Shown here in pieces: positions 27,006 to 42,493 of a DNA stretch of 64,000 nucleotides. The position numbers and the translations under genes are program-made. The stretch is from Octopus vulgaris (taxonomy: Eukaryota). The stretch is taken from assembly GCA_951406725.2 (NCBI GenBank), contig OX597816.1:138322001-138386000 (forward strand), given 5' to 3'. The notes under the pieces were generated by a model, which was not told the DNA's origin, made no database searches, and saw nothing but the letters and a program-made list of their open reading frames with translations. The first letter of the stretch is position 1. Each line of letters begins with the position of its first letter.

Positions 27006-28659
27006 GAAAGAGGGGAGAAGAGGAGGGAGATAAAGGGAGATAAGTAGAGTGATGGATGGAGATATAGAGAGAATAAGAGAAGGAAGAAAGAAGAGATATA
27101 AAGAAATAGAAGAAATAGTAAGTCATGAAACGAATGGAAGGTAAACGAATGAGAGAGAGAGAGAGAAAGAAATAGATAGATAGGGAGTGGGGTAACCTAG
27201 AAAGATATACAGAACATCAAAAGAGAGGAAGAGATAAAGAAGAAATTTAACTGCAAAGGAGGAAAGGAGATTATAGAAGGGGTGGAGTGACGTGATGAAA
27301 TGAAATTCGATTAAACGAAGGGAGGAAAGAGAGAGAGAGAGAGAGCGAGGGAGGATGACGTTTCAGAGACTGAGAAGAGAAAGCGTAAGATGAAGAAAAA
27401 GGAACTAGGCAACATTCTCAAGTAGAGAAGAGAGAGAAAAGGGAGTGATAGAATGATGTAATGAGAGAGAAAATGTGTGTATGTGTGAGTGTGTGTGGGG
27501 GTGGGGTGTTTGTGTCTGAGAGAGAAAGAGAGTGTGTGTGTGTGTGTATAGGAGAGCGATAGAGTTTGACAAGATGTAACTGAATCAAAATGGTGTCACT
27601 TGATAAATATTTGGAGTTGAGCTATTTCTTAAATCTCATCACTCTTTGCCCCTAAGTTACTCAAGCTTAAGCAGTCCTCAAGTCATTTCTTGAGTCGTAC
27701 TTAACTGTATAAAGGCCACTCTTCGCTTTCTGCTCTATTGTCTCTCAACATGTCCTCAAACCATGTTTGAATTGCAGTAGTGTTATTGTAACAAATACCA
27801 GGTGAAAGTTGCGTCACAAACGTTTTGACGCCTCAAGATATAAATGGAAAGCGAATTTAATTCATTTTATGGGTTTTCAGATGGTTGAATTGACTCTTCC
27901 ACAATGTAGTTGCTTCAATTTCGACACACGATCTCAGATAGAATTGCTTGTACGATAAATGCAGCAAAAGTATTCGTCTGTTCTTACATTGTGGTACAAC
28001 GTAAGAGCGCGGCCATTGATACTAGTCTGCTGAAGTGCCACTTCAAATTTTGGCACAAGAGCAGCACGTTCTGGAAAGGAGGTAAATCGATTGCATTGCC
28101 CCTAATGTACAACTGGTATTTATTTTATTTATCACGAAAGGATGACAAGCAAAGTCAGCTTTGGTGGAATTTGAACTCAGACCGTAAAGACCGACGAAAT
28201 GCCGTTAAGCAATTTGCCCGGTGAAAGTGACACTCTAATAAAATCAACCGTAAGTATTAGGTATTTGCGCATGAAAATATTTACGTTCATTGTGACTAAA
28301 AACAAGAGTGACACTGAAACGATTGTGACTAGTAATAAAGATGTATTAAACTCATACTTTGCCTTCTTATTTGGATTATATATTGCTCTCCGCAAAACCT
28401 ACATAGTGGGTTTACCGGTAACATACCTGTATTTTCTACAGCATTTCCCATTCAATTCTCCTCCAGACTTTAATTCTTGTAGACAACCGAGTGTTGAGTT
28501 TGGATTCGGTGGTGCATTGGAAAGACTCCGACCATATACCTTATATATATATAGGTGTCCAAGTGCATTTTTAAGTTTCTTGTAACCAATTCAATGATTT
28601 TATTAAGATTTGGTGTACAAGAAGTACCTGTGGAGATGAATATTTTTCAATGGGTGTAG

Positions 28660-30615
28660 CTTGCACTTCACTACTCTTGCCTACTGACCCGAGAAGACTT
28701 TCACCGGTGTGACATGAGAATTGACAAAACCGGGAACTTCCAAAGCCACAGATTTTATTTTATCTCCTAGGTAGATTACCAACCAATGTTACAAAGCTTC
28801 TACTTGTACAATAGGTAGTCTATCCCGTACCAGACACCAAACCGACATCCAAACTCTCCATAGTGTGATTGAATATCATACCGGCGTCCGACGCGGAGCA
28901 GTCTACACTTTTGAATAGACCATCATCCGTTGACATGAGGATGATGGAAAAAGTGGAACACCTTCCAGTTATAGAGAAGATAGCATTTGAACCAATTCTA
29001 AATGACATTTATTTAGCTGTGAATAAGTTGAATAACAATAAGTCTCCAGGGTCTGATGGAATCTGTGCAGAGGTCTTGAAATATGGGGGTGACAAAATGC
29101 TTGAACTATTAAATGTATTAATTTTCACTTTTGGAGAACTGAGAAAGCGCCTCAAGACTGGATTGATGCAATTTTAGTCTCCTTGTATAAATTGGTGCCA
29201 ACGGATCTGTGTGGTAATTTTCGTGGGATTTTATTTGTAGTTGGAAAGGTACTTGTCCGCATTCTGTTAAAACGTTTAAATACCTTCATAGTTCCAAATA
29301 TAATGTTTGAGTTTCCATGTGATTTTCGCTCCTCTAGGGGCACAGTTGATTGTATCTTTACTATCAGACAATTTCAGGAAAGGTACATTGATCAGAACTT
29401 GAACTATATCATTTCTTTGTTGATTTAAGCAAGGCATTCAATACTGTTAACCGAAACGCTCTGCGGCTAATTTTAGGGAAAATATGTTGCCCAGAAAAAC
29501 TTGTAAACATGATCAGGGCTTTGCATCAAGATATGAAGGCTAAAGTTAATTTTAGTGGTAGGTTTTCTGAATCCTTTGCTATGGAAAATGGAGTAAAGCA
29601 AGGAGACCTTAATGCTCCCACCCTCTTTGCAATATACTTTGCTGTTGTGTTGTCACATGCTTTTCAAAACTCCGAGGAGGTTATTTACATAAAATATCAA
29701 ACAACAGGGAGTGTTTTTAATCTGACCAGACTGAAATTCAAAACAGGTTTTTAATTCACTCATTAGGGAACTCTTAAACGCTAACGACCTAGTCAGTCAT
29801 TCTGAAACAGGCCTGCAATCTCTTGTATCTGCATTTGATTCAGCTTGTTATGATTTTGGCTTGACCATCAACTAAGACAAAAACAGTTGTAATGTATGAA
29901 ATTGCACGTGATGGTGTTTGCAACCCCACTAAAATTTTCGTTAAGGGTAAGTTACTTGAAGTTATTGACACTTTCATCTACCTCGAAAGCTTTGTACAAA
30001 ATGATGGAAATCTGGACACAGAAATACATCTGCGAATCAAAGGTCAACACAAGCATTTGGTAGTTTGGAGTCATGCGTTTAGCGCCAACGACATGTAAAA
30101 TAACACAAAACTGTGTCTTTACGAATCAGAACAATTCCACCAAAAATACCACATTTTAAATATTATATGGGGCTTTTTTTAGTCCAAACACAGATGTCTT
30201 TGCGTCTACAGGCATCTGAAAAATCAAATGAGATGGCTGGCCATATTGTTCGAATGGCGGATGAACACACAGCCAAACAAGTGTTTTATCGCGAGCTTGC
30301 AGGGGAAAACGCAATGTAGAGGAAAACGCAAAGCGGTTTAGGCTCAAATCTCATTGGCGAACCCATGAAAAACGAACTTCCACCAACTTCTTTGCCTATA
30401 CATATGTGCACACCTTTCAATGCCGTGTATGCCATAAGATCTGCAAATCTAACGGAGGCCTCTGAAGACATTTTAAGATTCACAAAGATCAGAACTTAAC
30501 TGGTGATCCAAATCAGATATCCAATCTGAGTGCCTGGTTTAAAAAGCCACATCAGATGCCAATATAGGTCAATGGTGCAAGTACAAGTGGTGGTCAGACT
30601 CTGCATAAGGAGTAG
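28660..30615 (+). mobile_element. Degenerate RTE-clade LINE (reverse transcriptase relic, endonuclease region absent)
   Basis: Fragments KSPGSDGICAEVLKYGG, CGNFRGI, FRSSRGTVDCIFTIRQFQE, DLSKAFNTVNR and GVKQGDLNAPTLFAIYF, with many stops and frameshifts. Confidence 0.92.
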
Positions 30616-30619
30616 ACAA

Positions 30620-30801
30620 TTTTTTCCTCCGTCTTCCTTTCCTTGGATCTTTCCTCTTTCTATGTTTCTGGCGAAGAGCTCCGCTCGAAACGTTAAATCC
30701 TCCTTCTTTCTTTCCTTTCCTGAGCGTCCAATAACACTATACTTCTTCCTCGTCCTCGCGTTGTTGTGTTTTCTCTTTGTGTTTTCATGTTTGGATTAAC
30801 C

Positions 30802-30802
<1 letters not shown>
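30620..30802 (+). mobile_element. Short element with a minimal hammerhead-like motif at 30664-30698, ending in (TA)n
   Basis: GTTT CTGGCGAA GAGC TCC GCTC GAAAC GTT AAAT; tail CATGTTTGGATTAAC. Confidence 0.7.
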
Positions 30803-30865
<63 letters not shown>

Positions 30866-31260
30866 AGGTATACATATACATATACAGCTATTCATACATA
30901 CATACATACATACTTATACAACTGATGATTATTTCTGCTAATACTTGCAGTGTTTCGTGTCTATGCATGTTTCTCCATGTTTCTCCAGTGTGTATAGCAA
31001 AACAGACACACGCACGCACACCCATATATATACACACACACGGACACACGCACACACACACGGACACACGCACACACACACACACATGCACAAACATACA
31101 CAAACTCGCACGCACATAAATCCATGTGTGTATTCATGCATGTATGTTTGTACGTATGCATGCATATGCGCATGTATGTATATATACAGTATATATATAT
31201 ATATATGTATATATACAGTATATATATATATATGTATATATATATATTTATATATATATG

Positions 31261-31298
<38 letters not shown>

Positions 31299-31319
31299 CA
31301 TACACACACATATATATAC

Positions 31320-31660
<341 letters not shown>

Positions 31661-32762
31661 CGCACACACATAGGCAATAGCCATGGCTCTCCTCGCATGT
31701 ATGAATTGTTCTTTGGACAATAGATTTTAACTGTTAAAATAGTTTCTGCATCACAGATTCCTTTTATTATTGTCAAAATAGTCACCTAAAAGAAGAACCA
31801 GCTCTAGCTCTTGGCCCCTCCCAGTCTATTAATTTGCATCATCAACGTACAAGAATGAAAATATATGACTGGCCTTATTATTGATCTCTTATCCTAATTC
31901 CAAACACGTAATTAAACAAGAAGAATTAAAATACTATATAATGTTTTGGAGTTGTTGGAAAACAATTTAAATTCTTTGAACTTTCATGTGGATAGTGGTT
32001 GGTTAATTACCATTCTTAATCCACAAGTTGGTAAGATGAAAGAGAGTACATAAACTATAAATTAGTGACGGTAGAGCAGTCGAGAAAAACATTAGTCATT
32101 GTTAGTAGATGTTTGGAGAAATTAGCAGCGCCTGATAAGTATTAATTTCCTGATCAGTGTGAAGCAAACATTATTAATAGAGACAAACGGACAGAGAGGT
32201 CAGTGTTTGGACATAATTGAACCACTTTTCACTTGCTTCTCGTCTATTTAATCGACTAAGCAATAAACATCTAGATATATGCACATCAATGAGGAAGTGT
32301 TTCTGGTGGACATTGACATTCTGTTTAGTTGTGTAGATCTATGTTGAACTCGATTGTTAACAATTAGCAGTTATTACTTGTATGACAATTTATAATTTGA
32401 AGTGATCTTCAGTAGCTTGTCAACCTCACATTGCTCCCACATTCATTTAATGACTTCTGCTTTACACTTTACTACTTAGAAATGTCAGTTTGGTTGTTTA
32501 CGTTCTGTTTACTGGAGAACTTCGAGATTACAGATGTGAAGATTGTAAATTTGTAATTCATCACATTAAAATTTGTTTCGTAGATTCTTGTTTCCTTTAC
32601 ACGCTTCCTTCTATGATTATTCATTTCTACACAATACTTGGACATCGCGAACTGTAGTAGAGAGAGAGACAATATTGAATAAATGCTATTATATTAACAG
32701 CACAAAATCGACATCAGAAAAAAAAAATGACGGTAGCGATTTACAAAGAATAATATAGTATA

Positions 32763-33640
32763 ATCCTTTCTACTATAGGCACAAGGCCTGACATTTGGTG
32801 AGAGGTGCGCCTGTCGATTAAGTCGACTCCAGTAAGCAAATGGTATTTAATTTATCGACCTCGAAAGGATGAAAGGCAAAGTCGACCTCGGTGCAATTTA
32901 AACTCAGAATGTAAAGACAAACGAAATACTGCTAAGCATTTTGCCCAGCGTGCTGACGATTCTGCCAGCCCGACGCCTTAAAAAATAATATAATATAATA
33001 AGAATAATTATATTATTACTTATACCAAAGCAACGAGCGCCTGACAAAATGCTTAATGGTATTTCGTCCGTCTAGGCGGCGAGCTGGCAGAAACGTTAGC
33101 ACGCCGGTCGAAATGCGTAGCCGTATTTCGTCTGCCGTTACGTTCTGAGTTCAAATTCCGCCGAGGTCGACTTTGCCCTTCATCCTTTCGGGGTCGATTA
33201 AATAAGTACCAGTTACGCACTGGGGTCGATGTAACCGACTTAATCCGTTTGTCTGTCCTTGTTTGTCCCCTCTGTGTTTAGCTCCTTGTGGGTAGTAAAG
33301 AAATAGGTATTTCGTCCGTCTTCACGTTCTGAGTTCAAATTCAGCCGAGGTTGACTTTGCATTTCATCATTTCGGGTTCGATTACATCGGCCTCAGGGAA
33401 ACACTGGGGTCGATGTAATCGACTAGTCCTCTCCCACAAAATTTCAGGCCTCGTGCCTTTAGTAGAAAGGGTTATTACTAATATAGTATTGAATAAAAAT
33501 TCGCTGAGTTCAACTTTGCTTTTCAATTTCCTCCTTTCGGAGCCCATAAAATAAATGCCAGTTGAGCATTGGGGCCGATCAAATCGACTAGTCCCTCCTG
33601 CCAAATCTCAGGTCTTGTGCTTATATCAGAAAGGATTATT
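32763..33640. repeat. SINE family B cluster with head-to-head copies
   Basis: Family B cores on both strands. Confidence 0.8.
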
Positions 33641-35006
33641 AATTGCGTATTAAAATACCAGTATAACAATATTGTTCTGATAACACGACAAAGTAATACC
33701 TATATACATACTGAAACAAGCCAGTCGTATATATATATATATGCGTTTGTATATTTGTGTGTGTGTCTGTCTGTCTGTCTGTTTGTCCCTCCACCATTGT
33801 TTGACAGTAGGTGTTGGTGTGTTTACGTCCCAGTGACTTAACGGTTTTGCAAAAGATACCGATAGAATAAGAACTAGATTTATAAAGAATAAGTCCTGGG
33901 TTGATTTGCTCGACTAAAGGCGGGGCTCCAGCATGACCTGACCGCTGTCAAATGACTGAAACAAATGAAAAAATAAAAGAAAAAAAATATATATATGTAT
34001 CCTCTTTTCTGTTACTACTAATATATATATATATATACTTTTATTCTTTATATATAATCCAATTTTTTTGTTTTTATTTTACTCTTCGCGAAACTCACAC
34101 TCATGGAACTAAGATTTCTACACCTGAAGATTTTCCGAATTAGGCTGGAATCCGACAATGTCGATAGCCCAGAACTGAGGTTGAACGCTGCATTAGAAAT
34201 ACCATGCCTTTATACCTACCAGAACCTTATTTATCCTCACTTAAGCGTAGATGTTCTGTTAGAACCAACTACACTGTGGTAGATGTCACGACACAGTCTC
34301 ATATTGGCTTTTGGTGCAAAATGAACTCTTTCTTAGATCGCATGAGGGGAGATAAATCCCCACCATCTCCAGCGCCGAAACCACCAAATCACGTGATCTT
34401 GACCTTGTTTGGTCTTATCAGTGATGGACTCTCAGTCGCTAGAGTTAGCAGCGAGTCCTCTCCCCACTAGCAATGTTTAGAAAAACAGTGCCATAACTGA
34501 ATGGTATATCAACATTTGAGAATTCTTGAATCCTGAAAATATCTCCCTTCAGACATTGAGCTTGGTAATTGTGTCATATTATCTAGAGGTGGAGATAATT
34601 TCGATAAATCAAGAATTTATGCTGTATGGTATTTGATGTACCTGTATTTGTCTGTGTTGTTCAAATACACGCCACTGGCCACCCTGAGTAGTTTCTCTTT
34701 GTCCATTTTTGTTTATAAGATAAAGCGTGAACCCAGACACAAAAGAATTTATTCAAAAAGTATTCTCATACATATTGATATAGAATTCTGGGCACAAGGA
34801 CAACAATTTCGGGGGAGGGGACAGGTTGATTACACCGAGTCCAGAGTTCAACTGGTGCTTGTTTTATCGATCCTTAAAGGATGAAAGACAAATTCGATGT
34901 CGGCGGAACTTGAACTCAGAACGTAAAGCATGACGGAACGCCGTTAAGTATTGTGCTCGGCGTTCTAATTGTTCTGCCTGTCCACTGCCTTAGTATTCCG
35001 TTACAT

Positions 35007-35360
35007 AGAAAGAGAGAGGTGGGGAGACCCCATTTCGGTCATGAATGACGAAGGGATAGTCTCTAGAAAGTTACCCTCCGAGGGACAAGTTCGATCAAGT
35101 TTGTTTATGGAAGACCAGCAGTCACTCATGTATACCAGCCTTCTCCTTTCCACACCACCGATGTTATCCAAAGGGAAAAGCAAAGGCCGATGCAGTTTGG
35201 CACCAGTGATGTCGCAACTCATTTCTACAGCTAAATGGAGCAACGTGAAATAAAGAGCCTTGCTCAAGATCACAACACACAGTCCGGTCTGGAAATCAAA
35301 CTCACTACCTCATGATTGTGAGCCGATGCTCTAACCACTGAGCCATGTGACTTCACAGGA
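35007..35360 (-). mobile_element. tRNA-derived SINE with 10-bp TSD
   Basis: Minus-strand A/B-box head; TSD TCCGTTACAT at 34997-35006 and 35361-35370. Confidence 0.8.
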
Positions 35361-35565
35361 TCCGTTACATGCGTATTGTATTTTGAAGTCACTTTTACAT
35401 AAAAACTGTTCACTTTTATTTAAGAACATTTATGATAAGTTCAATCCTAGATAAATCCTTAAAAGAAATTTCAATTATAAATAGTAATTCGAATTATCAT
35501 TGAAATCTTTGCACTCAGACAAATTGGGAGATGTTACTATACAAATGTACGTCTATAGATAGATC

Positions 35566-35985
35566 TTATTTCTTTATTGCCCACAAGGGGTTAAACATAG
35601 AGGGGACAAACAAGGACAGACAAAGGGATTAAGTCGATTACATCGGCCCCAGTGCGCAACTGGTACTTAATTTATCGACCCCGAAAGGATGGAAGGCAAA
35701 GTCGACCGCGGCGAAATTTGAACTCAGAACGTAGCGGCAGACAAAATACCTATTTCTTTACTACCCACAAGGTGCTAAACACAGAAGGGACAAACAAGGA
35801 CAGACAAACGGATTAAGTCGATTATATCGACCCCAATGCGTAACTGGTACTTATTTAATTGACCCCGAAAGGATGAAAGCCAAAGTCGACCTCGGCGGAA
35901 TTTGAACTCAGAACGTAGCGGCAGACGAAATACCGCTAAGCATTTCGCCCGGTGTGCTAACGTTTCTGCCAGCTCACTGCCCTAT
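35566..35985 (-). repeat. SINE family B with a tandem internal unit
   Basis: Family B match. Confidence 0.85.
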
Positions 35986-36219
35986 CTATAGATAGTTCTG
36001 TAGAGAAAGGGATGATAGAGGAAAATGCTGTACACTTACACGCACACACGATTGCTCAATCACACGCAGACACAAAGATGTATGTATGTATGTATGTATG
36101 TATGTATGTATACGTGTATTATGTATGTATGTATGTATCTATCTGTCTGTCTATCTATAATATATGTGTGTGTGTTTGTGTGTGTATGTGTGTGTGTGTT
36201 TAATGTGTGTGTTTAATGT

Positions 36220-36271
<52 letters not shown>

Positions 36272-36665
36272 GTGTGCGTGCCTGTGTAAATTATTAGGCA
36301 TTAATAGAATAACGATTGTTCAACAGAGGCAGAAATATTTAAATGGAGAAAAACCGAAATTTGGAAGAAAAGAAGAGAATGAGAAATATTAGCTTAAATA
36401 TCTAATTGGACATTGCTTCTGTGAGTCTTGAGAGAATTAGCACCAAACCATGATTAGCCAAATTACAGTCGGCGGACAATGGTGGACCCCAGGTGTATTT
36501 GGTCTCTGACCTATACTATTGTTCTTGTCAGAAATGTATGATGAATGGCTGTAGATGTGCCAGGATTGGTGGCAAAACAGCCACTCAAACACAACATTAG
36601 GATTATATCTGAATAAAATAATCAGCATAGAATGGTCACGGCGAGAGAGAGAGTGGTGGGGGAGA

Positions 36666-36708
<43 letters not shown>

Positions 36709-36972
36709 GATAGGAGAGTGAGAAAGACAGGGAAAAAGAGAGAGGACAGTAAAGGAGGGAGTGAAAAGTAGTGGAGAGTGCCTACAATTTAAATCTGTAT
36801 GTTTATGTCAGTTTAATTTGTCTAGCTACCATTTCTCTCCAGCCGAGCTTGTATTCTCTCTGTCGAAAACATCTTAATCACACGTAAATACACACAGATT
36901 CACACACGCATATGCACTCACACACATGTATGTATGTGTGTATGTATGTATACACACACACATACACACACA

Positions 36973-37028
<56 letters not shown>

Positions 37029-37199
37029 AACGCGTGCATTCATAGATCTTTCTATGTATATATATGTGCGTATGTTTGTGATCTATACGCGTGTGTGAAT
37101 GTGTATGAGTCTGTGTGTGTGTGTGTGTATGCGTGCATTTTATTCTATTATTCTATTATCAGTTTCAGTCAGAGGTTGTGACCATGCTGGGGCACGATT

Positions 37200-37620
37200 T
37201 AAGCACTAATGCTTGTCTATGTTAGACCCACTTCCCGAACCTCTCTCTGAAATCCATCCTAGTGAAGCGGCGAGTTGGACAGGTTCATCTGGTGGTATAT
37301 CAGATAAAAAGTTGTCCAGTTGTTCTTTGTCCACTACTCGTAGACCTCTGGGGCCTTTTGGCAAGGTATTGAAAAGCTGCAGGCCTTTGAATCCTAAACT
37401 GTTACAGTATTTGGTGTTTACTCAGGACGGAATGAGCGGTATCTTTGTTATTATGCAGTGGTGTCCAGGGATAAATAGCTATATATTTCAATCCCGAAGT
37501 TGGCCGCTAGACCTTCCAGTATCTTCCATATGTGTGTGTGTATCGCTCCATATCTTTTGCTTCTTCTCCCCAGGGAGTAGAACATCAGCTCTTTTAGATT
37601 TCCCAGTAATACGTTTCTTG
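37200..37620 (-). mobile_element. 3' fragment of a CR1-group LINE ORF2
   Basis: LKELMFYSLGRRSKRYGAIHTHIWKILEGL and YCNSLGFKGLQLFNTLP...LDNFLSDIP motifs. Confidence 0.7.
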
Positions 37621-37979
37621 CACCAGGACAATCATTTTGGTGCAATGGCATTGGATTGCCTTACGTTTGCTGTTAATTTGACGCCCTGAGGCGATCATAA
37701 TTATTAAAGTAAAGTTATCTTCTCGAGTTTTGTCGACTCATCAGAGCCGGTTTCCAGGTTTCATGGCGTATATATTTCCCACCTTCATTGGACGCCGTTC
37801 CGTCGCAGGATTACTCATTTGAAGCACGGAAAAGGAAGTGTTTTGCTCAAGAACTCAACACGTCGCCCGGTCCAGAAATCGAAACAAACAATCTTATGAT
37901 CATGAGGCCAGCACTCCAACTACTAAGCTACGCACTTACGCCATCATAATTAGGAGCAATAATACGATTTTTGTCCATG

Positions 37980-38429
37980 GGTAACGACTGTAATTTTTTT
38001 TTTTTACCCCGAGAAAGTATGAAAAATGGCTAATATTTCCTTCATAATTTACTTTTATACATTTCGTCAAACCCCAAATAATCCCTCTCAACACATGGCT
38101 ATGGTGCTTCCCCACTACTCCTGCTCATGGTCAAAGATGTACATATTCTCAGCCGCTAAGGTACATGCTCAAGTGGTTAAGATCAAGCAAACCTGTGGTA
38201 TTGAACAGAATATTTGTTATGCTATTTCTGCTTCAGCAGCTCAACGCTGAATCTGTCTGAAATATAATGGGGAAAAGATCAGTTTCAAAACATAGATGTC
38301 TAGGTCTCAAAACAAAGTTTGAAGAGAATAGTAATCATTTCCTTCGAATTCTAGATAGAAGCAAATAAGAAACAACACTTACTGACCAAAGACAAAAAAA
38401 CAATTTTTTTAAACAAAAGCTTTGTTACA
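37980..38429. mobile_element. Interspersed non-autonomous element; second copy at 48157-48588
   Basis: The two roughly 430-bp copies align throughout and both end in TTGTTACA; class uncertain, probably a DNA transposon. Confidence 0.7.
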
Positions 38430-38641
38430 CAGTAAGTGTAATCGAAGCGACGGAGTGAGAATGTTCTTCATGGTTGCCCTTTTCTGTCTTCTGAATGATC
38501 TCAGAATCTATCCAGTCAGATAGAAGTGTTGCTTGCTTGATACTCCTCGTGTGTCGATTCTGCCCATAAAAAAAGGAACAGATTATACAATGTGGCTGTA
38601 GGGCATAACACCCAAGCAACGCCGAGATGCATTGCTAGTGC

Positions 38642-38710
<69 letters not shown>

Positions 38711-39080
38711 CGTGTGTGCGTGCGTGCGTGTGTGCGTGTGTGCGTGTGTATATATATATATCATACAAATATATAATATCTGTATAAATGTGTATATATA
38801 TTAATATATTTATGTATATATATATATATGTATGGATACACACACACACTCACAAATACCAACACACTTTCTTGCATAGATCTCAGCCATTCTGCTGCAC
38901 TTTTTAATGTTTTTCAGTCGATCTTATCGATCTCAATTGTGGCTTCAATTTGGTATCATCTAATCCACATCTACATGTATAACGACTCCTTTATGAGACA
39001 TCAACAAAAACAATAAGACAGCATTAAATGTGCAGCATTCTTTGAGTGGATATACCGGTATCTTAACGATGTGTAAAGTT

Positions 39081-39482
39081 ACTCTCTTTTACTCTTTTAC
39101 TTGTTTCAGTCATTTGACTGCGGCCATGCTGGAGCACCGCCTTTAGTCGAGCAAATCGACCCCGGGACTTATTCTTTGTAAGCCCAGTACTTATTCTATA
39201 GGTCTCTTTTGCCGAACCGCTAAGTGACGGCGACGTAAACACACCAACATCGGTTGTCAAGCAATGCTAGTGGGACAAACACAGTCACACAAACATACAC
39301 ACACACATATATATATACATATACGACGGGCTTCTTTCAGTTTCCGTCTACCAAATCCACTCACAAGGCATTGGTCGGCCCGAGGCTATAGTAGAAGACA
39401 CTTGCCCAAGATGCCACGCAGTGGGACTGAACCCGGAACCATGTGGTTGGTAAGCAAGCTACTTACCACACAGCTACTCCTG
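39081..39482 (-). mobile_element. Full-length SINE family A
   Basis: Close match to 15567-15962. Confidence 0.9.
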
Positions 39483-39637
39483 TATAAAAATTTGCGAAGT
39501 GGTTCAGATAGGTGCAAGAAAGTCTCATTATATATAACAGTAGTTACACCCTAAAATTAACCGCTTCGAGCTGCCTAGTATCACGGGGATTTTGGATGTC
39601 TCTTGGGCTCAGCGTGTCCTTCCCTACTAAGACGTTA

Positions 39638-39842
39638 CGTGGGGGTACTGAAAAGTTCCTTGCGTTGGGTAAAAGAAAGGAGGATCTGTTAGTTATGATT
39701 TTATTCAACATATTCCCCTCTCAGCTTTACACATAGCGGTCCTCCGGTTTTTCTAAGCACTGTAAAAGAACTCGGCAGGTTGTGCCTTCATCCAGGCCTT
39801 TTGTAATATCCTTAAAGCCAGGAACTTTTCAGCACATCCTCG
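39638..39842. mobile_element. mariner-derived MITE
   Basis: TIRs CGTGGGGGTACTGAAAAGTTCC / GGAACTTTTCAGCACATCCTCG. Confidence 0.7.
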
Positions 39843-40197
39843 TTTATTTCTAACAATAGATTAAATCTAAAAAATAAAGTAAACGAGGGATGCACAGAAA
39901 GCAAGAGTCGCACTGGGTCTCGATTCTGTTATTATATGCTCTCGTTTTAGCCCTGGATTTTATACCAATATTAGCCTAATACGGTACCTCACCAGCTGCT
40001 AATCTGATCATCTTCAGAGTCATGGAGGACGAACGTCAGCTTACTTCTATAGAGCTGAGGTATTAAGGCAAGAATGTGAATTTAGGACTGTGACTATATA
40101 TTAAAGGTAAGTCTATAGATATGACGTTACAGATAGTGGGTTTCACGCAGTGCAATACCTAAATCTAATCGCTAAACTTAACATCATTAACGGTTTC

Positions 40198-40515
40198 TTA
40201 TTTCTTTACTGCCCGAAAGGATTAAAGGCAAAGTCGACCTTGGCGGAATTTGAACTCAGAACGTAATGGCAGAAGAATTACCTATTTCTTTACTACCCAC
40301 AAGGGGCTAAACACAGAGAGGACAAACAAGGACAGACAAACGGATTAAGTCGATTATATCGACCCCAGTGCGTAACTGGTATTTATTTAATCGACCCCGA
40401 AAGGATGAAGAGCAAAGTCGACCTCGGCGGAATTTGAACTCAGAACGTAGCGGCAGACGAAATACTGCTAAGCATTTCGCCCGGCGTGCTAACGTTTCCG
40501 CCAGCTCGCTGCCTT
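40198..40515 (-). repeat. SINE family B
   Basis: Family B match. Confidence 0.85.
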
Positions 40516-40974
40516 AAACATCATTACCATCATTAACGGTTTCTATCAACATGCAGTGCGAGAATATGATTGCATGACATGTCCATACTCTCCTAATTAT
40601 ATTATCGGTGACGATTATCAATCAGTTAATGTTAAGTCCCAGTGCACCAATGATGGCCCAGTTATAATTGTATAAATTCATTGGCAAAACGGACAGGATG
40701 ATTTGAACTTAATACTGTAAAGTAAGAAAATATTCATCAATAATGCCGTAGGGTCACAGCTCGGTTGCAAACAATATCATAGTGAAGTAGCTTCTTAGTA
40801 TTACATAATACTGGTTGTTAAAACATTAGGTGATTTGACTGTAGACACACCAGAAGTGGCCTGATATGAACGTCCGTCTAAGCACTTGGTTGTCCAGTAA
40901 ACACAAAGTTAAATACCAATTGTCAAAATATTCCTTGCGCACCGATAGTCATTCAAAGAATATTAATTATCTAA

Positions 40975-41335
40975 CAACCGTGACTGTGCGGTAAGAAGCT
41001 TGTTTCCCAACCACATGGTTCCAGATTCAGTCCCACTGCGTGGCACCTTGGGCAAGTGCTTTCTATTATAGCCTTGGGCCAACCAAGTCCTTGTGGGTGG
41101 ATTTGATAGACGGAAACTGAAAGAAGCCTGTCATATATATATATGTGAGTGTTATTTGACAACCGATGTTGATGTGTTTACGTCCCCATAACCTCGCGGT
41201 TCGGCAAAAGATATCGATAGAATAAGTACCAGGCTTTAAAAACAAGGTACAGGGGTCGATTCAATCGACTAAACGGAAGTACCTCAGCATGGTCGCAGTC
41301 TAATGACTAGAACAAATAAAATATTAAAGATAAAA
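40975..41335 (+). mobile_element. SINE family A, diverged
   Basis: Head and tail match. Confidence 0.8.
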
Positions 41336-41649
41336 GACAGCCAAAAATACAACTGGTATTTTCTACATCAGCTATACATTTCTCTTGTAGGTATGATTTT
41401 CTCATCCACCACTAAAAGTATTTGATTCTTGTTCAGTAAGTAGAAATTTAGTGAAATATGTGAAAAATGTTGGCTATCTTTCGATAAAGGTAAACGGATA
41501 ATGAAAGTATTTGTTGGGCAATTTCCGTGCGAAATTTTTATTTCTTTAATTTTTGTTCTTTTCAGCTGAATCGCTCATTTATGAATTTTTTTGTGCACGT
41601 ATTACGTGTTTGTGTGTACAGCATAGATGTATGTATATTTTGTAAACAG

Positions 41650-41920
41650 CCTGCACGTGAAATTAATGTGCATGTGGCTGAGCACTCCACTAACACGTGT
41701 ACCCTCGGCGTAGTCCTCATGAAGATTCAGCGTAACACAAAATGCGACAAGGCTGTCCCTTTCAAATAAAGGCACCACTCATTCTTGGCAGCTGAGTGGA
41801 CTGGAGCAACGTGAAATAAAGTGTCTTGCTCAAGGACGCAATTCATCGCCAGGAATTGAACTTATGACCTTGCGATCGTAGGTCAAATACCCTAAACAGT
41901 AAGCCACGCGCCTTCACAAA
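41650..41920 (-). mobile_element. tRNA-derived SINE (family C)
   Basis: GCTGAGTGGACTGGAGCAACGTGAAAT core; inverted homolog of 52150-52448. Confidence 0.8.
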
Positions 41921-42415
41921 CGTAACAGCTACACTACGTTGATCACAAGATAACTTGTATTACAGTTTCGAAAACGTTGTGACTAGGTGTCGACATGAAT
42001 CATGTTTGTCGGGAAGACTAATCGAGTGAGGATTAATGAAGATTAAGTCATTGAGGTGTTGTGACAGACCCGAGAGAATGAAACATTAGATGATCGGTCG
42101 AATATTTGGGCAACATGGAAATTTAGATGTGGTTCTACGAATGAAATGTGTGAGTTATTTAGACAGAAATATGTCAAGACTAAGGTAATATTTAATAGTA
42201 TTTGTACTTCAGGGAATTAACACGTTCCTTGCAATGAAGATAGTAGCGGAGGGGAGTGTGAAGCGAAGAGAGTTGGGGAAAAGTATATTTTCTGTTTTTA
42301 TTGTGAAAGTGTGTTTCGCAGTGAGAAAATATCGTAATGTGATAAAATACTCAGAGTACAGAAGAGAAGCAAATTAAATATAAATAATGCATGTATGTAT
42401 GTATGTATGTATGTA

Positions 42416-42489
<74 letters not shown>

Positions 42490-42493
<4 letters not shown>

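Noticed and set aside
34204-34470. 88-aa plus-strand ORF in unique sequence
   Set aside because: Short, no recognisable motif, in-frame stop just upstream and no convincing splice signals
38425-38570. Minus-strand acceptor followed by a 44-codon frame
   Set aside because: No donor or homology support, and the frame ends at the boundary of a repeat element
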